A stretch of 55,493 nt of DNA from an uncultured Rickettsiales bacterium (GTDB lineage: Bacteria > Myxococcota_A > UBA796 > UBA9615), in assembly GCA_964492355.1 (NCBI GenBank), contig CAZBKF010000002.1, forward strand, positions 1-55,493, written 5' to 3'. The translations under genes were made by a program, and so were the position numbers. Each line of letters opens with the position of its first letter. The first letter of the stretch is position 1. This document shows positions 17,465-27,985 of the stretch, piece after piece. The notes below the pieces were generated by a model that worked only from the letters and a program-made list of their open reading frames with translations, did no database searches and was not told the DNA's origin.

Positions 17465-19858
17465 TTACCGCTTGATGGTGAGCTTCTGGCCGGGGCGCAG
17501 GGTGCTGCCCGCGAGATCGTTCCAGCGCTGCAGCTGGGCCACCGTCACGCCGTGCTTCTGGGCGATGCTCCACAGCGACTCCCCGCTCTGCACCTTGTGG
17601 GTCCTGGGGGCGGCCTTGGCGCTGGCCTTGCTGTGGATGGTCAGCTTCTGACCCACGCGGATGTTGGAGCCCTTGAGGCCGTTCCACCGCTGCACGTCGG
17701 AGACCCGAACGCCGTACTTCTCCGCGATGGTGCCGAGCACCTCGCCGCTGGACACCACGTGGGTGACCTTCCTGGTCGTGGGGGCGGGGGCCGCGCGCTT
17801 CGTCTCGTACACGGCGAGCTTCTGGCCCACCTTGATGTTCGTGCCGGACAGGCCGTTCAGGCTCTGCAGCTCGCGCACCGACATCCCGTGGTTCTGGGCG
17901 ATGGTCCCGAGGACGTCACCGCTCCGCACCGCGTAGGTGGTCTTGGTGCGGTTGGAGCTGCTGGCCGTGGTGGACGTGGCGCCGCCGGGCAGCTTCAGTC
18001 GCTGTCCGACCTTCAGCACGTCGCTGGAGAGGCCGTTGGCCTTGCGCAGCGCGGTCCAGCTGGTGCCGAACTTCGCGGCGATCTCCGAGACCGTGTCCCC
18101 CCGCTGGACTGTGTACCAGGACGGCTTGGCGGTGCTGGACGTCCGGGCAGTCTTCGTGGACTTGGAGGCAGCAGCGGCCGGGTTGCCCACCGTCTGCACC
18201 TTGAGGCGCTGCCCGATGGAGATGACGTCGCTGCGCAGCGCGTTCTGCTCCTTCAGGGTCGCCACCGTCGTGCCGTAGCCCTGGGCGATCTTCCCGAGCG
18301 TCTCGCCACGGGCGACCACGTGGATCATCTCCCGGGAGGTCAGGTTCTCGGCTCGTACGGGCACGGTCAGGACCTGGCCGATGCGCAGGCGGCGGGGGTC
18401 GCGCACCGAGTTGAGCTTCGCGATGGCCGCCATGGGCACGCCGTACCGCTGGCTGATCGCGCCCAGGGTCTGGCCCCGGGTCACCTTGTGGCGAACGAAC
18501 GTGATCCGCTCCGCCTTCGGCAGCTTCTCGAACTTCTTGGCGAAGGTCGCGCCCTCGCCCCGAGGGATGTTGAGCTCGTAGTTCTCGACGCCCGGAGGGG
18601 TGAAGCCCCGCTTCAGGTGCGGGTTCATCGCCTGGATCTCTTCGAGATCCCGCTTGGTGATCTTGGCGACGGCGGCCAGATCGGTGGCCTCGGGCACCTG
18701 CACCACGTCGTGGTCCCACAGGGACAGCTGATCCTCGGGCTTCTTCTCCTTCAGCAGGCCGTACCGCTCGGGGTACTTGCTGAGGATGGCGGCGGCCATC
18801 ATCTTCGGCACGTAGTGCTTGGTCTCGGGCTTCAGGTAGCTGCGGTGGGACGCGGACAGCTCCCAGAAGTCATCCGTGCCGTACATCCTGACGGCCTTGC
18901 CGATCTTGCCCTCGCCGGCGTTGTAGGCGGCGGTGGCCAGCTCCCACTGGCCGAACAGGCGGTACAGGTAGGACAGGTACTTGATGGCCGCGACGGTCGC
19001 CTTGACCGGGTCCCGGCGCTCATCGACCCACCAGTCCAGGGTGAGCCCGTAGTACTTGCCCGTTCGGGGCATGAACTGCCAGACGCCCACCGCTGCCGCC
19101 CGGGAGGTGGCGTAGGGGTTGAAGCCCGACTCGATCATCGACTGGGCGACCAGGTCCTGAGGCAGCCCGGCTTCCTTCAGGGCGGTGCGCAGGAGCGGGT
19201 CGTATCGCTCGGAGCGGGCCAGCCACTTCACGAAGTGCCCCCGACCGCGGGTCAGGAAGTAGACCATCCAGTTCTGGGTGCGCTCGTTGAGCACGATGGG
19301 GATGTCGAAGTCCGCGGGATCGACCCGGTCCAGGTGCAGGGCGGGGCGATCGTTCAGGACCTTGAGGGGGTCCTCGTAGTACCTGGTGGACGGATGGAAG
19401 TGGTGGTCCGAGCTGCCGAACCAGTGCTCGGCGAGCTTGCGCTCCTCGTTGAGCTCCGCGGTGGCCCGGGCGATCTGCTCGTCCTGGTGGGCTTCCAGGC
19501 CCGCCAGGATCTCCCGGAGCAGCAGGTCCAGCTCCTCCTCGCTGAGGGGGACCGGGTCCGCCAGGAGGGGTGCCTCCTGGTCGTGGAAGAAGCAGGTCGC
19601 GGCGTCATCGCAGTCCAGCTGGAGCCGGTCCAGGATGTCGCCCCGTTCGTCGTTCGTACGGTTCTTGCGGTTCTTGCGCTGCTTCTTGGGGCGCTTCTTC
19701 CCACGGGTCGCGAGCGCTTGGCCCCCGATCGCACGATCTCCGGAGCCCACTTCGCCTTCCTCGGGCGTCGAGCCGGCCACGGCAGACCCTGCCGGGAGCG
19801 CCAAGGCGGTGGCGAGTACGAGGGTCCGGAGGGCAGTGGTCCAGCGTTGCGAAGACAT
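17465..19858 (-). CDS. mltD: Membrane-bound lytic murein transglycosylase (MltD-like) with six C-terminal LysM domains
   Basis: The real start is the ATG at 19858 (MSSQRWTTALRTLVLATALALPAGSAVA, a signal peptide). SLT motif MIESGFNPYATSRAAAVGVWQFMPRTG. Six LysM repeats are present (e.g. VTRGQTLGAISQRYGV...IGQVLTVP). The upstream 238 codons of the 1035-aa track ORF overlap the divergent kinase gene and are rejected. Confidence 0.85.
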   Translation of the reverse strand: MSSQRWTTALRTLVLATALALPAGSAVAGSTPEEGEVGSGDRAIGGQALATRGKKRPKKQRKNRKNRTNDERGDILDRLQLDCDDAATCFFHDQEAPLLADPVPLSEEELDLLLREILAGLEAHQDEQIARATAELNEERKLAEHWFGSSDHHFHPSTRYYEDPLKVLNDRPALHLDRVDPADFDIPIVLNERTQNWMVYFLTRGRGHFVKWLARSERYDPLLRTALKEAGLPQDLVAQSMIESGFNPYATSRAAAVGVWQFMPRTGKYYGLTLDWWVDERRDPVKATVAAIKYLSYLYRLFGQWELATAAYNAGEGKIGKAVRMYGTDDFWELSASHRSYLKPETKHYVPKMMAAAILSKYPERYGLLKEKKPEDQLSLWDHDVVQVPEATDLAAVAKITKRDLEEIQAMNPHLKRGFTPPGVENYELNIPRGEGATFAKKFEKLPKAERITFVRHKVTRGQTLGAISQRYGVPMAAIAKLNSVRDPRRLRIGQVLTVPVRAENLTSREMIHVVARGETLGKIAQGYGTTVATLKEQNALRSDVISIGQRLKVQTVGNPAAAASKSTKTARTSSTAKPSWYTVQRGDTVSEIAAKFGTSWTALRKANGLSSDVLKVGQRLKLPGGATSTTASSSNRTKTTYAVRSGDVLGTIAQNHGMSVRELQSLNGLSGTNIKVGQKLAVYETKRAAPAPTTRKVTHVVSSGEVLGTIAEKYGVRVSDVQRWNGLKGSNIRVGQKLTIHSKASAKAAPRTHKVQSGESLWSIAQKHGVTVAQLQRWNDLAGSTLRPGQKLTIKR

Positions 19859-19969
19859 GTGCGCCAATATTGTCACACTTTCCCCACGCCGACTGTCACG
19901 AAAACGCCGCGTTCCCGCTGTGTTACTGATCCTGGCTCCGCGTGAGACGCCCCACGCGGCCTCGGATCC

Positions 19970-21090
19970 ATGAATTCGGACACTCTCGAGCAGACCGTGC
20001 TGGACCATCTCCCGGACGGGCTCGTGCTCGTACGGGACGGCCGGATCGCGTACTCGAACCACCGAGCTTCGGAGATCCTCGGGATCTCGAAGCGGCGGCT
20101 CACGGGCGCGCAGGTCTCGGACCTGCTGCCGGGTGCCGCCGAGGTCGTGTCGCGGGTCGTGGGTGGGGCGATGACATGCACAGCGCGTGATCTCTCCTGG
20201 TCCCGTCCTGGCGCAGCGCGTCGTGTGACGTTCGTCGGCAGCCGCGGGCCCGCTACCGGCGAGGTGCTGCTCGTCGTCCGTGTCGCCGGGCTCCCGACCG
20301 ATCCAGGTGCGCGCGAGGCCTTCCGCCGGCGCCTGGAGTGGCTGGATGGACTCGCCGCAGGCATGGCCCACGAGATCCGAAACCCGCTGGGAGGAATCCG
20401 TGGCGCAGCGCAGCTCCTGCGCCGGGATCCCGACCCTGCTGAGGTGGACGAGCTGACCGGCCTGATCATTCGAGAGACCGATCGAATCAACTCGATTGTC
20501 GAACAGTTGATGCTCTTCACCCGTCCCCGTCCTCTTCGGCGCGATCGCGTTCAGCTGAACCGTCTCGTGCACGACGAGGTGGCTTTGTTGGTCGCTCAGC
20601 AGCGCGCACCGTCATCGGACAGCGCCGAGCCGGTGGAGTTCGTGCTCGATCTGGATCCCTCCCTTCCAGAGGTGGAAGGCGACGCCCGCCGACTGCGGGA
20701 AGCGGTCGGCAACCTGCTTCGAAACGGCTGGCAAGCCGCGCGCGCACGCGTGACGGTGCGGACCCGGGTGGAGCCCGAAGCCCGGCTCCGGGAGCAGGGT
20801 CGGGATCGGGGGCTCGCCCTTCGCCTCAGCGTCCAGGACGACGGACCGGGGATCGACCCGGCGCGCCTCCCGGGGCTGTTCGCGCCGTTTGCGACGACCC
20901 GCAACGAGGGCAGCGGCCTCGGGCTGTTCGTCACGCGGCTGTCTATCGACGAGCACGCGGGGATGCTGAGCGCGGATCCGGGGCCCGGGACGGGCGCCAC
21001 CTTCGAAATCCAGCTCTGGGAGCGGCTGCCGGCTGAGCCCGAGACCACCACGGGGGCGCCGGATCGCGTCCCGCTGATGGAGATCGACCG

Positions 21091-21094
<4 letters not shown>
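19970..21094 (+). CDS. Cytoplasmic PAS sensor histidine kinase (NtrB-like)
   Basis: PAS-like N-terminus, H-box GMAHEIRNPLGGI, then N/G boxes (LLRNGWQA, DDGPGI, GSGLGL). Confidence 0.85.
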
Positions 21095-22550
<1,456 letters not shown>

Positions 22551-22554
<4 letters not shown>

Positions 22555-23222
22555 GCGAGGCCATCGCGGGGCTCTACGGGATCGTCGATGTCTCTGGCCA
22601 GCCCGCGCTGGACGAGCTGACCCTGGCCCAGGCCTGGCTCGGAGCCGGGATCTCGGTGCTCCAGCTCAGGATGAAGGGGGCCGCCGAGGCGGACATCGCT
22701 GGGGTCCTGGACGAGCTCGTGCCCCTGTGCGCAGCCGCCGACTGCCTGCTGATCCTGAACGATCACGTGTCCCTCGCCGCGTCCCGCCCGGGGGTGGGCG
22801 TGCACCTGGGTCAGGACGATGAAGACCCGCGCATCGCTCGGGAGCTGCTCGGGCCGGACCGGGTGATCGGCTGGTCGACCCACGACCTGGAGCAGGTGGC
22901 CCGAGCCACGGCGATGGGCGTGGACTACATCGGCTACGGGCCCGTGTTCTCCGCTGCCGGCAAGCACCTCGCTCCCTCCGACGGCCGCGCGCCGATGGGC
23001 CCGCGGGGTCTCGGTTCCTTGTCCGCCGCCGTGGCCGCCGCTACGGTGCCAGTCGTCGCGATCGGGGGGATCGACGCCGCACGGCTCCCCTTCGTGCTCG
23101 CAACCGGGGTGGCCGCCGTCGCCGTGATCTCCGCTGTCGCGCGGTCGTCTGATCCCGAGCAGGCTGCGGCGGACATGTCCGCAGCGTGTCGTCCGAGTGA
23201 GAGGAAGCCATGCGTCCCGTGA
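22551..23222 (+). CDS. thiE: Thiamine-phosphate synthase
   Basis: LYGIVD...VLQLRMKG...LILNDH...VHLGQDD...VDYIGYGPVF...VVAIGGI. The GTG start overlaps the NtrC-like stop (GTGA). Confidence 0.85.
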
Positions 23223-24112
23223 TCCGCTCCTTCTGGTCCCTTCCGCTCCTCCTCCTCGCCATGGGGCTGATCGCCATCGCCTGCGGGCCCACCGAAGAGG
23301 ACGGGTTCAGCCGCGGCGGGCACGACGGCCACAGCGGTGGCCACGATGATGACGACGACGCCCACGGGGCCGAAGAGGACCGCTGGGCCTACGTCGACTT
23401 GGTGCGCACCGCAGCGTTCAACTCGGACGCCGTCGAGATCACCGCCAAGGTGTCGTTCTTCGAGGAGGCCACGCCCCGGTTGTGGCCCCAGCCCGGGGGA
23501 CTGGATGACTGCATCCTGGGGGAGGAGGGCGACGATCCCCACTTCCCGCCCCGATCGACGACGGGTCGAGGCAACCCGGTGATGATCCTGGACGGCGAAG
23601 ACTGGGAGCTCGAGCTCTCCCCTGAGACCGAGGTGTTCCAGCGAGTGCTGCCCGAGCGAACGTGGATTCCCTTCGACGACGTGACCGTGTCGGTGCCCGG
23701 CGGCGAGGAGCCGTCGAACCAGTGGGACGACGTGTTGAGCATCCCGGAGACCCTCGAGGGGGTCTCGGCGGTCCTGACCGAGGACGGGATGGAGCTCGAG
23801 TGGGAAGGCGGCGTGCCCGAGAACCAGCTCCGGCTGATCGTCTCCTCCAAGAGCGGGGGCCAGTACGTGTACGTCGTCTGCCTGCCCGGGGACGATGGAG
23901 CCTTCACGGTGCCCGCCGAAGCGTTCCTCGAGGAGCTCGAGGGCTGGGACATCACCGCCGAGCTGCGGCGGGAGACGATCCGGGACGAGTTCGGGCTCAG
24001 TGAGTTCCAGCGAGGCACGGCCGTCGGCATCTCCGCCCTGCACGCCGAGTTCTCGATCGTCGAGGGCTACTGGTCCGGCGGCGACGACGACGACGACGAC
24101 TCCGCCCGCTGA
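23210..24112 (+). CDS. Lipoprotein with N- and C-terminal poly-Asp tracts
   Basis: MRPVIRSFWSLPLLLLAMGLIAIACG contains a lipobox. GGHDDDDDAHG lies near the N-terminus and GGDDDDDDSAR at the C-terminus. It overlaps thiE by 13 nt. Confidence 0.7.
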   Translation: MRPVIRSFWSLPLLLLAMGLIAIACGPTEEDGFSRGGHDGHSGGHDDDDDAHGAEEDRWAYVDLVRTAAFNSDAVEITAKVSFFEEATPRLWPQPGGLDDCILGEEGDDPHFPPRSTTGRGNPVMILDGEDWELELSPETEVFQRVLPERTWIPFDDVTVSVPGGEEPSNQWDDVLSIPETLEGVSAVLTEDGMELEWEGGVPENQLRLIVSSKSGGQYVYVVCLPGDDGAFTVPAEAFLEELEGWDITAELRRETIRDEFGLSEFQRGTAVGISALHAEFSIVEGYWSGGDDDDDDSAR

Positions 24113-24127
24113 CCGGTCCTACCCCAC

Positions 24128-25552
24128 GTGACCGCGCTGACCTCCCGCCCCGGGGCCCTCTGGCTCGACACCGGCAGCCCTGTGGGCAGCGACGGCACGT
24201 GGAGCTACGTCGCGGCGGAGCCGGCGGTCTGGGTTCGGGGACGCGGGACCTGCCTCGAGGTCCTGCCCGGCCCCCTCGGTGATCGGGGCTGGCTGAGCCG
24301 GATCCACGCGATCGAGCCCGGCGGCGAGGGGGGCGAGGCCTTCGAACGGCTCGCGCACATCGCTCGAGGGCTGTGGCCGGGCCCCGGCGGTCCGACCGTC
24401 GTCACCGAGCGTCCCCTGGCCCGGTTCCTCGGCGGCTTCGCGGGCTTCTTCTCCTACGACCTGGGGCGCCGCTTCGAGCAGGTCCCGGCCTCGATCCCGA
24501 CCAGGCCGAGCGACGTGCCCTGGGACTTCGTGGTGGGCCTGTACGACGAGGTCCTCGCGATCCACTCCCGGACCGGGGAGCGACGGGTGCATCGGCTCCC
24601 CGGCTCACTCCGGCGCCTCTCCCCGGACGACCGGTTGCTGCCGGACCTGCCGGCCGTGGGGGCCAGCTCCACGCCGGAGCCCGAGCTCACCGCGTCCGAG
24701 CACGCCCAGGCCGTGCAGACCATCCGCGAGCACATCGCCGCCGGGGACATCTACCAGGCCAACCTGACGCTGCGCTTTCGGGCGGCATCCACGCACCCGG
24801 CGGCCCCCCTGGCGACCTTCGCGCGCCTCCAGCGGGAGCACCCCGCTCCCTACGCTGCCTACTGCGCGCTCCCCGGGCTGTCCCTGGTGTCCACCTCCCC
24901 CGAGTGCTTCCTGGCCCTGGGCCCCGATGGCCGGGTGCTGTCGCGTCCCATCAAGGGGACCCGGCCCCGCGGGGTCCCGGAAGGCGGCGTCGAGGATGCG
25001 CAGACGCGACTGGCGCTGATCGACTCGGAGAAGGACCGGGCGGAGCTGACGATGATCGTCGACCTGGTCCGCAACGACGTCGGTCGGGTGGCTGCCCTGG
25101 GCTCTGTGAGCCGCGCCCCGGAGATCGAGTGCGAGGGGCACCCCACCGTGTGGCACCTGGTGTCGGATGTGGCTGCGCGCCTGGCGCCCGGCAAGGACGC
25201 CTTCGACCTGCTTCGCGCCTGCTTCCCCCCGGGGAGCTGCATCGGCGCGCCGAAGATCCGGGCCATGTCGGTGATCGAGAGCCTGGAGCGCAGTCGGCGA
25301 GGTCCCTACACCGGCTCCATCGGGTGGATCGGCGCGGACGGCAGCCTGGGCATGTCCGTGGCCATCCGCACGCTGGTGTTCCGGGAGGGTGAAGTGACCT
25401 ACGGCGTCGGGGGCGGGATCGTCTACGACAGCGACGCCGAGTCCGAGTGGGAGGAGGCGCTGCTGAAAGGCCGCGCGCTCGCCAGGGCCCTGTCTCCAAA
25501 GGGGAACTCGGTCGTCGTGCCCTTGACATTGGACTTCCGGACGGGACACTGA
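24128..25552 (+). CDS. pabB: Aminodeoxychorismate synthase component I (chorismate-binding enzyme)
   Basis: GDIYQANLT, PIKGT, and CFPPGSCIGAPKIRAMSVIESLE..RGPYTGSIGW. GTG start. Confidence 0.8.
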   Translation: MTALTSRPGALWLDTGSPVGSDGTWSYVAAEPAVWVRGRGTCLEVLPGPLGDRGWLSRIHAIEPGGEGGEAFERLAHIARGLWPGPGGPTVVTERPLARFLGGFAGFFSYDLGRRFEQVPASIPTRPSDVPWDFVVGLYDEVLAIHSRTGERRVHRLPGSLRRLSPDDRLLPDLPAVGASSTPEPELTASEHAQAVQTIREHIAAGDIYQANLTLRFRAASTHPAAPLATFARLQREHPAPYAAYCALPGLSLVSTSPECFLALGPDGRVLSRPIKGTRPRGVPEGGVEDAQTRLALIDSEKDRAELTMIVDLVRNDVGRVAALGSVSRAPEIECEGHPTVWHLVSDVAARLAPGKDAFDLLRACFPPGSCIGAPKIRAMSVIESLERSRRGPYTGSIGWIGADGSLGMSVAIRTLVFREGEVTYGVGGGIVYDSDAESEWEEALLKGRALARALSPKGNSVVVPLTLDFRTGH

Positions 25553-25591
25553 GCATTCGGCAAGCCACAGGTGCGCTTGTTGGACGAACTG

Positions 25592-25615
25592 ACCGAATCT
25601 CGGTTTTTCTGTTTC
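25592..25615 (+). terminator. Weak intrinsic terminator candidate after pabB
   Basis: ACCGA-atc-TCGGT hairpin (25592-25604) followed by TTTTTCTGTTT. Such a T-tract is rare in this GC-rich DNA. The stem is only 5 bp. Confidence 0.4.
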
Positions 25616-25694
25616 CCGTGTGGGGATCCAGCGGTTCAACCGGTCAGCGAGCTCTCTGTGCGGGCTCGTCCGAACTCATCTGGGAGGTTCCACC

Positions 25695-27371
25695 GTGCGC
25701 GCAACCAATGTGATCAGAGGCCTCGGTCTCGCCTTCGTCCTCGCCTCTCTGGGCGCGATGGCGGGCTGCTCCGAGACCGTCCTCATCTCCAACCCCGACT
25801 CCGCTCCGCCCACCCGGGTCAACGCGGTCATCGAGGTCACCTCCGAGAACCCCGACGACCCGCTGCTGGTCGACTTCGGTGAGGTTCCGGCCGGTGAGTT
25901 CCGGGAGCAGGAAGTCACGATCAAGAACATCGGCACCGACGTGCTGCAGCTCCAGGACTTCGTCCTCAGCAACACCGCGTCCTTCAGCCTCGTCAACCTG
26001 GACGAGCTGGTTCCCCTGCTGACCCCCGAGAGCTCCTGGGTCCTGCGGGTCAAGTACGAGCCCAGCCAGGACGAGACGATCCAGGCTTCGCTCATCGTCG
26101 CCAGCAACGACCGCGAGAACCCCGAGGTTCCGGTCTCGCTGCGGGCCGAGGGCCTCGCCCCCGCCATCGACATCGACCCCGACAGCTTCGACTTCGGTAA
26201 CCGCGAGCTCGGCTGCGTCGGCTCCCTGGACATCCAGATCGCCAACATCGGCCGCGCCGACCTCGTCATCAGCGAGATGACGTTCGACGACCTGTCCGGC
26301 AACGGCGAGATGGCTCTGGGCGCCGGCGTCACGCTGCCCCTGATCCTCCCGCCGGCCGACGCGACGCTGGTCGAGGTGATCTACACGCCCACGGACGTGC
26401 AGCCGGACACGGCCACTCTGACGGTGCTCAGCAACGATCCGCTGCGCCCCGAGGCGAGCGCCACGCAGTTCGGCATCGCCCACCTCGGCGAGTCCAACAC
26501 CGACCAGTTCGCCCAGGACGGCAACAACTCGACGGACATCCTGTTCGTGGTGGACAACTCGTGCTCCATGGGCGACGAGCAGAGCTCCCTGGCCGTCAAC
26601 TTCGCCTCGTTCGTGCAGATCGTCGAAGCGCTCGACATGGACTACCAGATCGGCGTGACCACGACGGACGTCGGTGACAATGGCCAGCTTGAGGGCACGA
26701 CCCGCATCATCACGCCGAACACGCCGGATCCGGCCGGCGCCTTCGCGTCGAACGTCAACCTCGGCACCTCGGGCTCCGGCATCGAGAAGGGCCTCGACGG
26801 CGGGTACCTGGCGCTGTCCAGCCCGAACATCGATCCCGGCGGGTACAACGACGGCTTCCTGCGGGACGAAGCGGGCCTGCGGCTCATCATGGTGTCCGAC
26901 GAGCAGGAGCAGAGCACGCTCCTGAACAACGGTGACCCGGCGTCCTACGTGTCCTACTTCCAGGGCCTGAAGGCCAACCCGGACCACGTGATCGTCTCGG
27001 ACATCACCGGTGGCCTCACGGGCTGCTCGGGCGCCGGCGGCAACGCGTCTTCGGGCTCCGACTACGTGCAGGCCTCGGTCATGACCGGCGGCATCTCCGC
27101 CAGCATCTGCGACCCCAACTGGGTGAGCACGCTGTCCGCCCTGGCCTGGCTCTCCCAGTCCTTCGCCGACACCTTCGAGCTGTCCAAGACTCCGGTCGAG
27201 GAGACCATCGAGGTTCGCCTGTCCACGGACGGCATCAACTTCGTGCCCATCTACGTCGGCTGGACCTACGACTCGGCGCTCAACGCGCTGGTGTTCGACC
27301 TCGATCACATCCGGGACAACGGGGACATCATCGAGGCCGAGTACACCGTGCTCGGTGACTGCGAGGACTAG
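25695..27371 (+). CDS. Lipoprotein with repeated ASH/choice-of-anchor-D-like beta-sandwich domains and a vWA-like domain
   Basis: GTG at 25695, preceded by GGGAGG 7 nt upstream. VRATNVIRGLGLAFVLASLGAMAGC contains a lipobox. Two modules are repeated (VDFGEVPAGEFREQEVTIKNIGTDVLQL and FDFGNRELGCVGSLDIQIANIGRADLVI). DILFVVDNSCSMGDEQ resembles a vWA MIDAS motif. Confidence 0.75.
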   Translation: MRATNVIRGLGLAFVLASLGAMAGCSETVLISNPDSAPPTRVNAVIEVTSENPDDPLLVDFGEVPAGEFREQEVTIKNIGTDVLQLQDFVLSNTASFSLVNLDELVPLLTPESSWVLRVKYEPSQDETIQASLIVASNDRENPEVPVSLRAEGLAPAIDIDPDSFDFGNRELGCVGSLDIQIANIGRADLVISEMTFDDLSGNGEMALGAGVTLPLILPPADATLVEVIYTPTDVQPDTATLTVLSNDPLRPEASATQFGIAHLGESNTDQFAQDGNNSTDILFVVDNSCSMGDEQSSLAVNFASFVQIVEALDMDYQIGVTTTDVGDNGQLEGTTRIITPNTPDPAGAFASNVNLGTSGSGIEKGLDGGYLALSSPNIDPGGYNDGFLRDEAGLRLIMVSDEQEQSTLLNNGDPASYVSYFQGLKANPDHVIVSDITGGLTGCSGAGGNASSGSDYVQASVMTGGISASICDPNWVSTLSALAWLSQSFADTFELSKTPVEETIEVRLSTDGINFVPIYVGWTYDSALNALVFDLDHIRDNGDIIEAEYTVLGDCED

Positions 27372-27402
27372 ACCCCCCGCAAGAGACGACCTCTCAGCGA
27401 TT

Positions 27403-27436
27403 CGGCCTCGGTCTTCGGACCGGGGCCGTTTCGCTT
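27403..27436 (+). terminator. Intrinsic terminator candidate: 11-bp stem, TTCG tetraloop, short T-rich tail
   Basis: cggcctcggtc (27403-13) / ttcg / gaccggggccg (27418-28). This gives 10 Watson-Crick pairs plus 1 G-U pair, followed by tttcgctt. It lies 32 nt after the stop at 27371. Confidence 0.6.
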
Positions 27437-27466
27437 GGGGGGCTCCTGGCGCGACGGCGTTCCGCG

Positions 27467-27637
27467 CCATTTCGGCGGGGGAGCAGACTGTTCAGGCCAC
27501 TTCGGCGGGGGAGCAGTCTGTTCGTGGGGTGAAATGGCGCGGGGCCGGGCTTGGCCGGGCCGTTCCAGGCCACTTCGTCAGGGGAACAGTCTGTTCGTGG
27601 GGTGAAATGGCGCCGGGCCGGGCTTGGCCGGGCGTCG
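27467..27637. repeat. Intergenic tandem repeat: one 30-nt partial copy plus two ~70-nt copies, each carrying a 13-nt near-palindrome
   Basis: Copy A spans 27467-27496, copy B 27497-27569 and copy C 27570-~27637. The shared core is ccaYttcgKcRggggaRcagWctgttc, and B and C continue gtggggtgaaatggcgcSgggccgggcttggccgggc. The palindromes are GAGCAGACTGTTC (27481-93), GAGCAGTCTGTTC (27511-23) and GAACAGTCTGTTC (27584-96). Confidence 0.9.
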
Positions 27638-27653
27638 GCGCTACCCTTCGCTC

Positions 27654-27899
27654 ATGCCGATCACCGAGATCGTGAGGGTGCTCGCCGAGAGCGACACCTA
27701 CGACGGGCGTGTCCTCGAGCTGCTCTACGACGTGGACGGGTCGGCGAAGTCCGACGAGGACACTGTGGGGTGGCCCCGCTTCTGGATCCGCGAGCGCCGG
27801 GCCGGGCGCCTCGAGGCGACCCACGGGCCGTTCGATGACGAGGACGAGGCGGTCGACTTCGCCGTGGGCCTGGGATCCACCCGCTGGCGAGACGGGTAG
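27654..27899 (+). CDS. Small acidic hypothetical protein (81 aa)
   Basis: The frame from the ATG at 27654 (MPITEIVRVLAESDTYDGRVLELLYDVDG...) has G/C at about 76 of 81 third positions, which is a strong coding signal. There is no recognisable family and no obvious SD. The track start at 27624 (TTG) lies inside the repeat. Confidence 0.55.
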   Translation: MPITEIVRVLAESDTYDGRVLELLYDVDGSAKSDEDTVGWPRFWIRERRAGRLEATHGPFDDEDEAVDFAVGLGSTRWRDG

Positions 27900-27916
27900 G
27901 GGGCTCGGAGCGTGCG

Positions 27917-27965
27917 GTGCGTCTGAGCGTGGTGAGCACTGAAAGCTCCCGCCGCTGAGACGCAC
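27917..27965. terminator. Hairpin between convergent genes (possible bidirectional terminator)
   Basis: gtgcgtctgagcg (27917-29) pairs with cgctgagacgcac (27953-65) at 12 of 13 positions, with a 23-nt loop. No U-tract. Confidence 0.4.
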
Positions 27966-27985
27966 TCGTTCGTGCTGCCTCGGCC

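Noticed and set aside
16568-19945. 1125-aa plus-strand ORF
   Set aside because: It lies antisense to the GNAT and the LysM/SLT transglycosylase genes, whose translations contain clear catalytic and LysM motifs.
19859-20572. N-terminal 238 codons of the 1035-aa mltD track ORF
   Set aside because: This extension overlaps the divergent PAS-histidine kinase gene. The signal peptide begins at the internal ATG at 19858.
25553-25694. Sigma-54 (-24 GG / -12 GC) promoters near the NtrC-like activator. The regions upstream of 8184, 13354, 25695, 46176 and 51534 were also scanned
   Set aside because: The candidate GG...GC pairs (for example gGGCACcgatccGC at ~51388) have the wrong spacing by 1-2 nt. 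No convincing TGGCAC-N5-TTGC was found.
27481-27596. LexA/SOS boxes (GAAC...GTTC half-sites)
   Set aside because: The spacing is GAAC-N5-GTTC rather than the Cheo-box N4. The sequence does not fit the Myxococcus-type CTRHAMRYBYGTTCAGS motif as I recall it. It is kept only as a generic palindromic operator candidate.
27467-27637. Possible CRISPR array
   Set aside because: There are only ~2.4 directly abutting copies with no unique spacers between them, and no cas genes are in the window. It is a tandem repeat, not a CRISPR.
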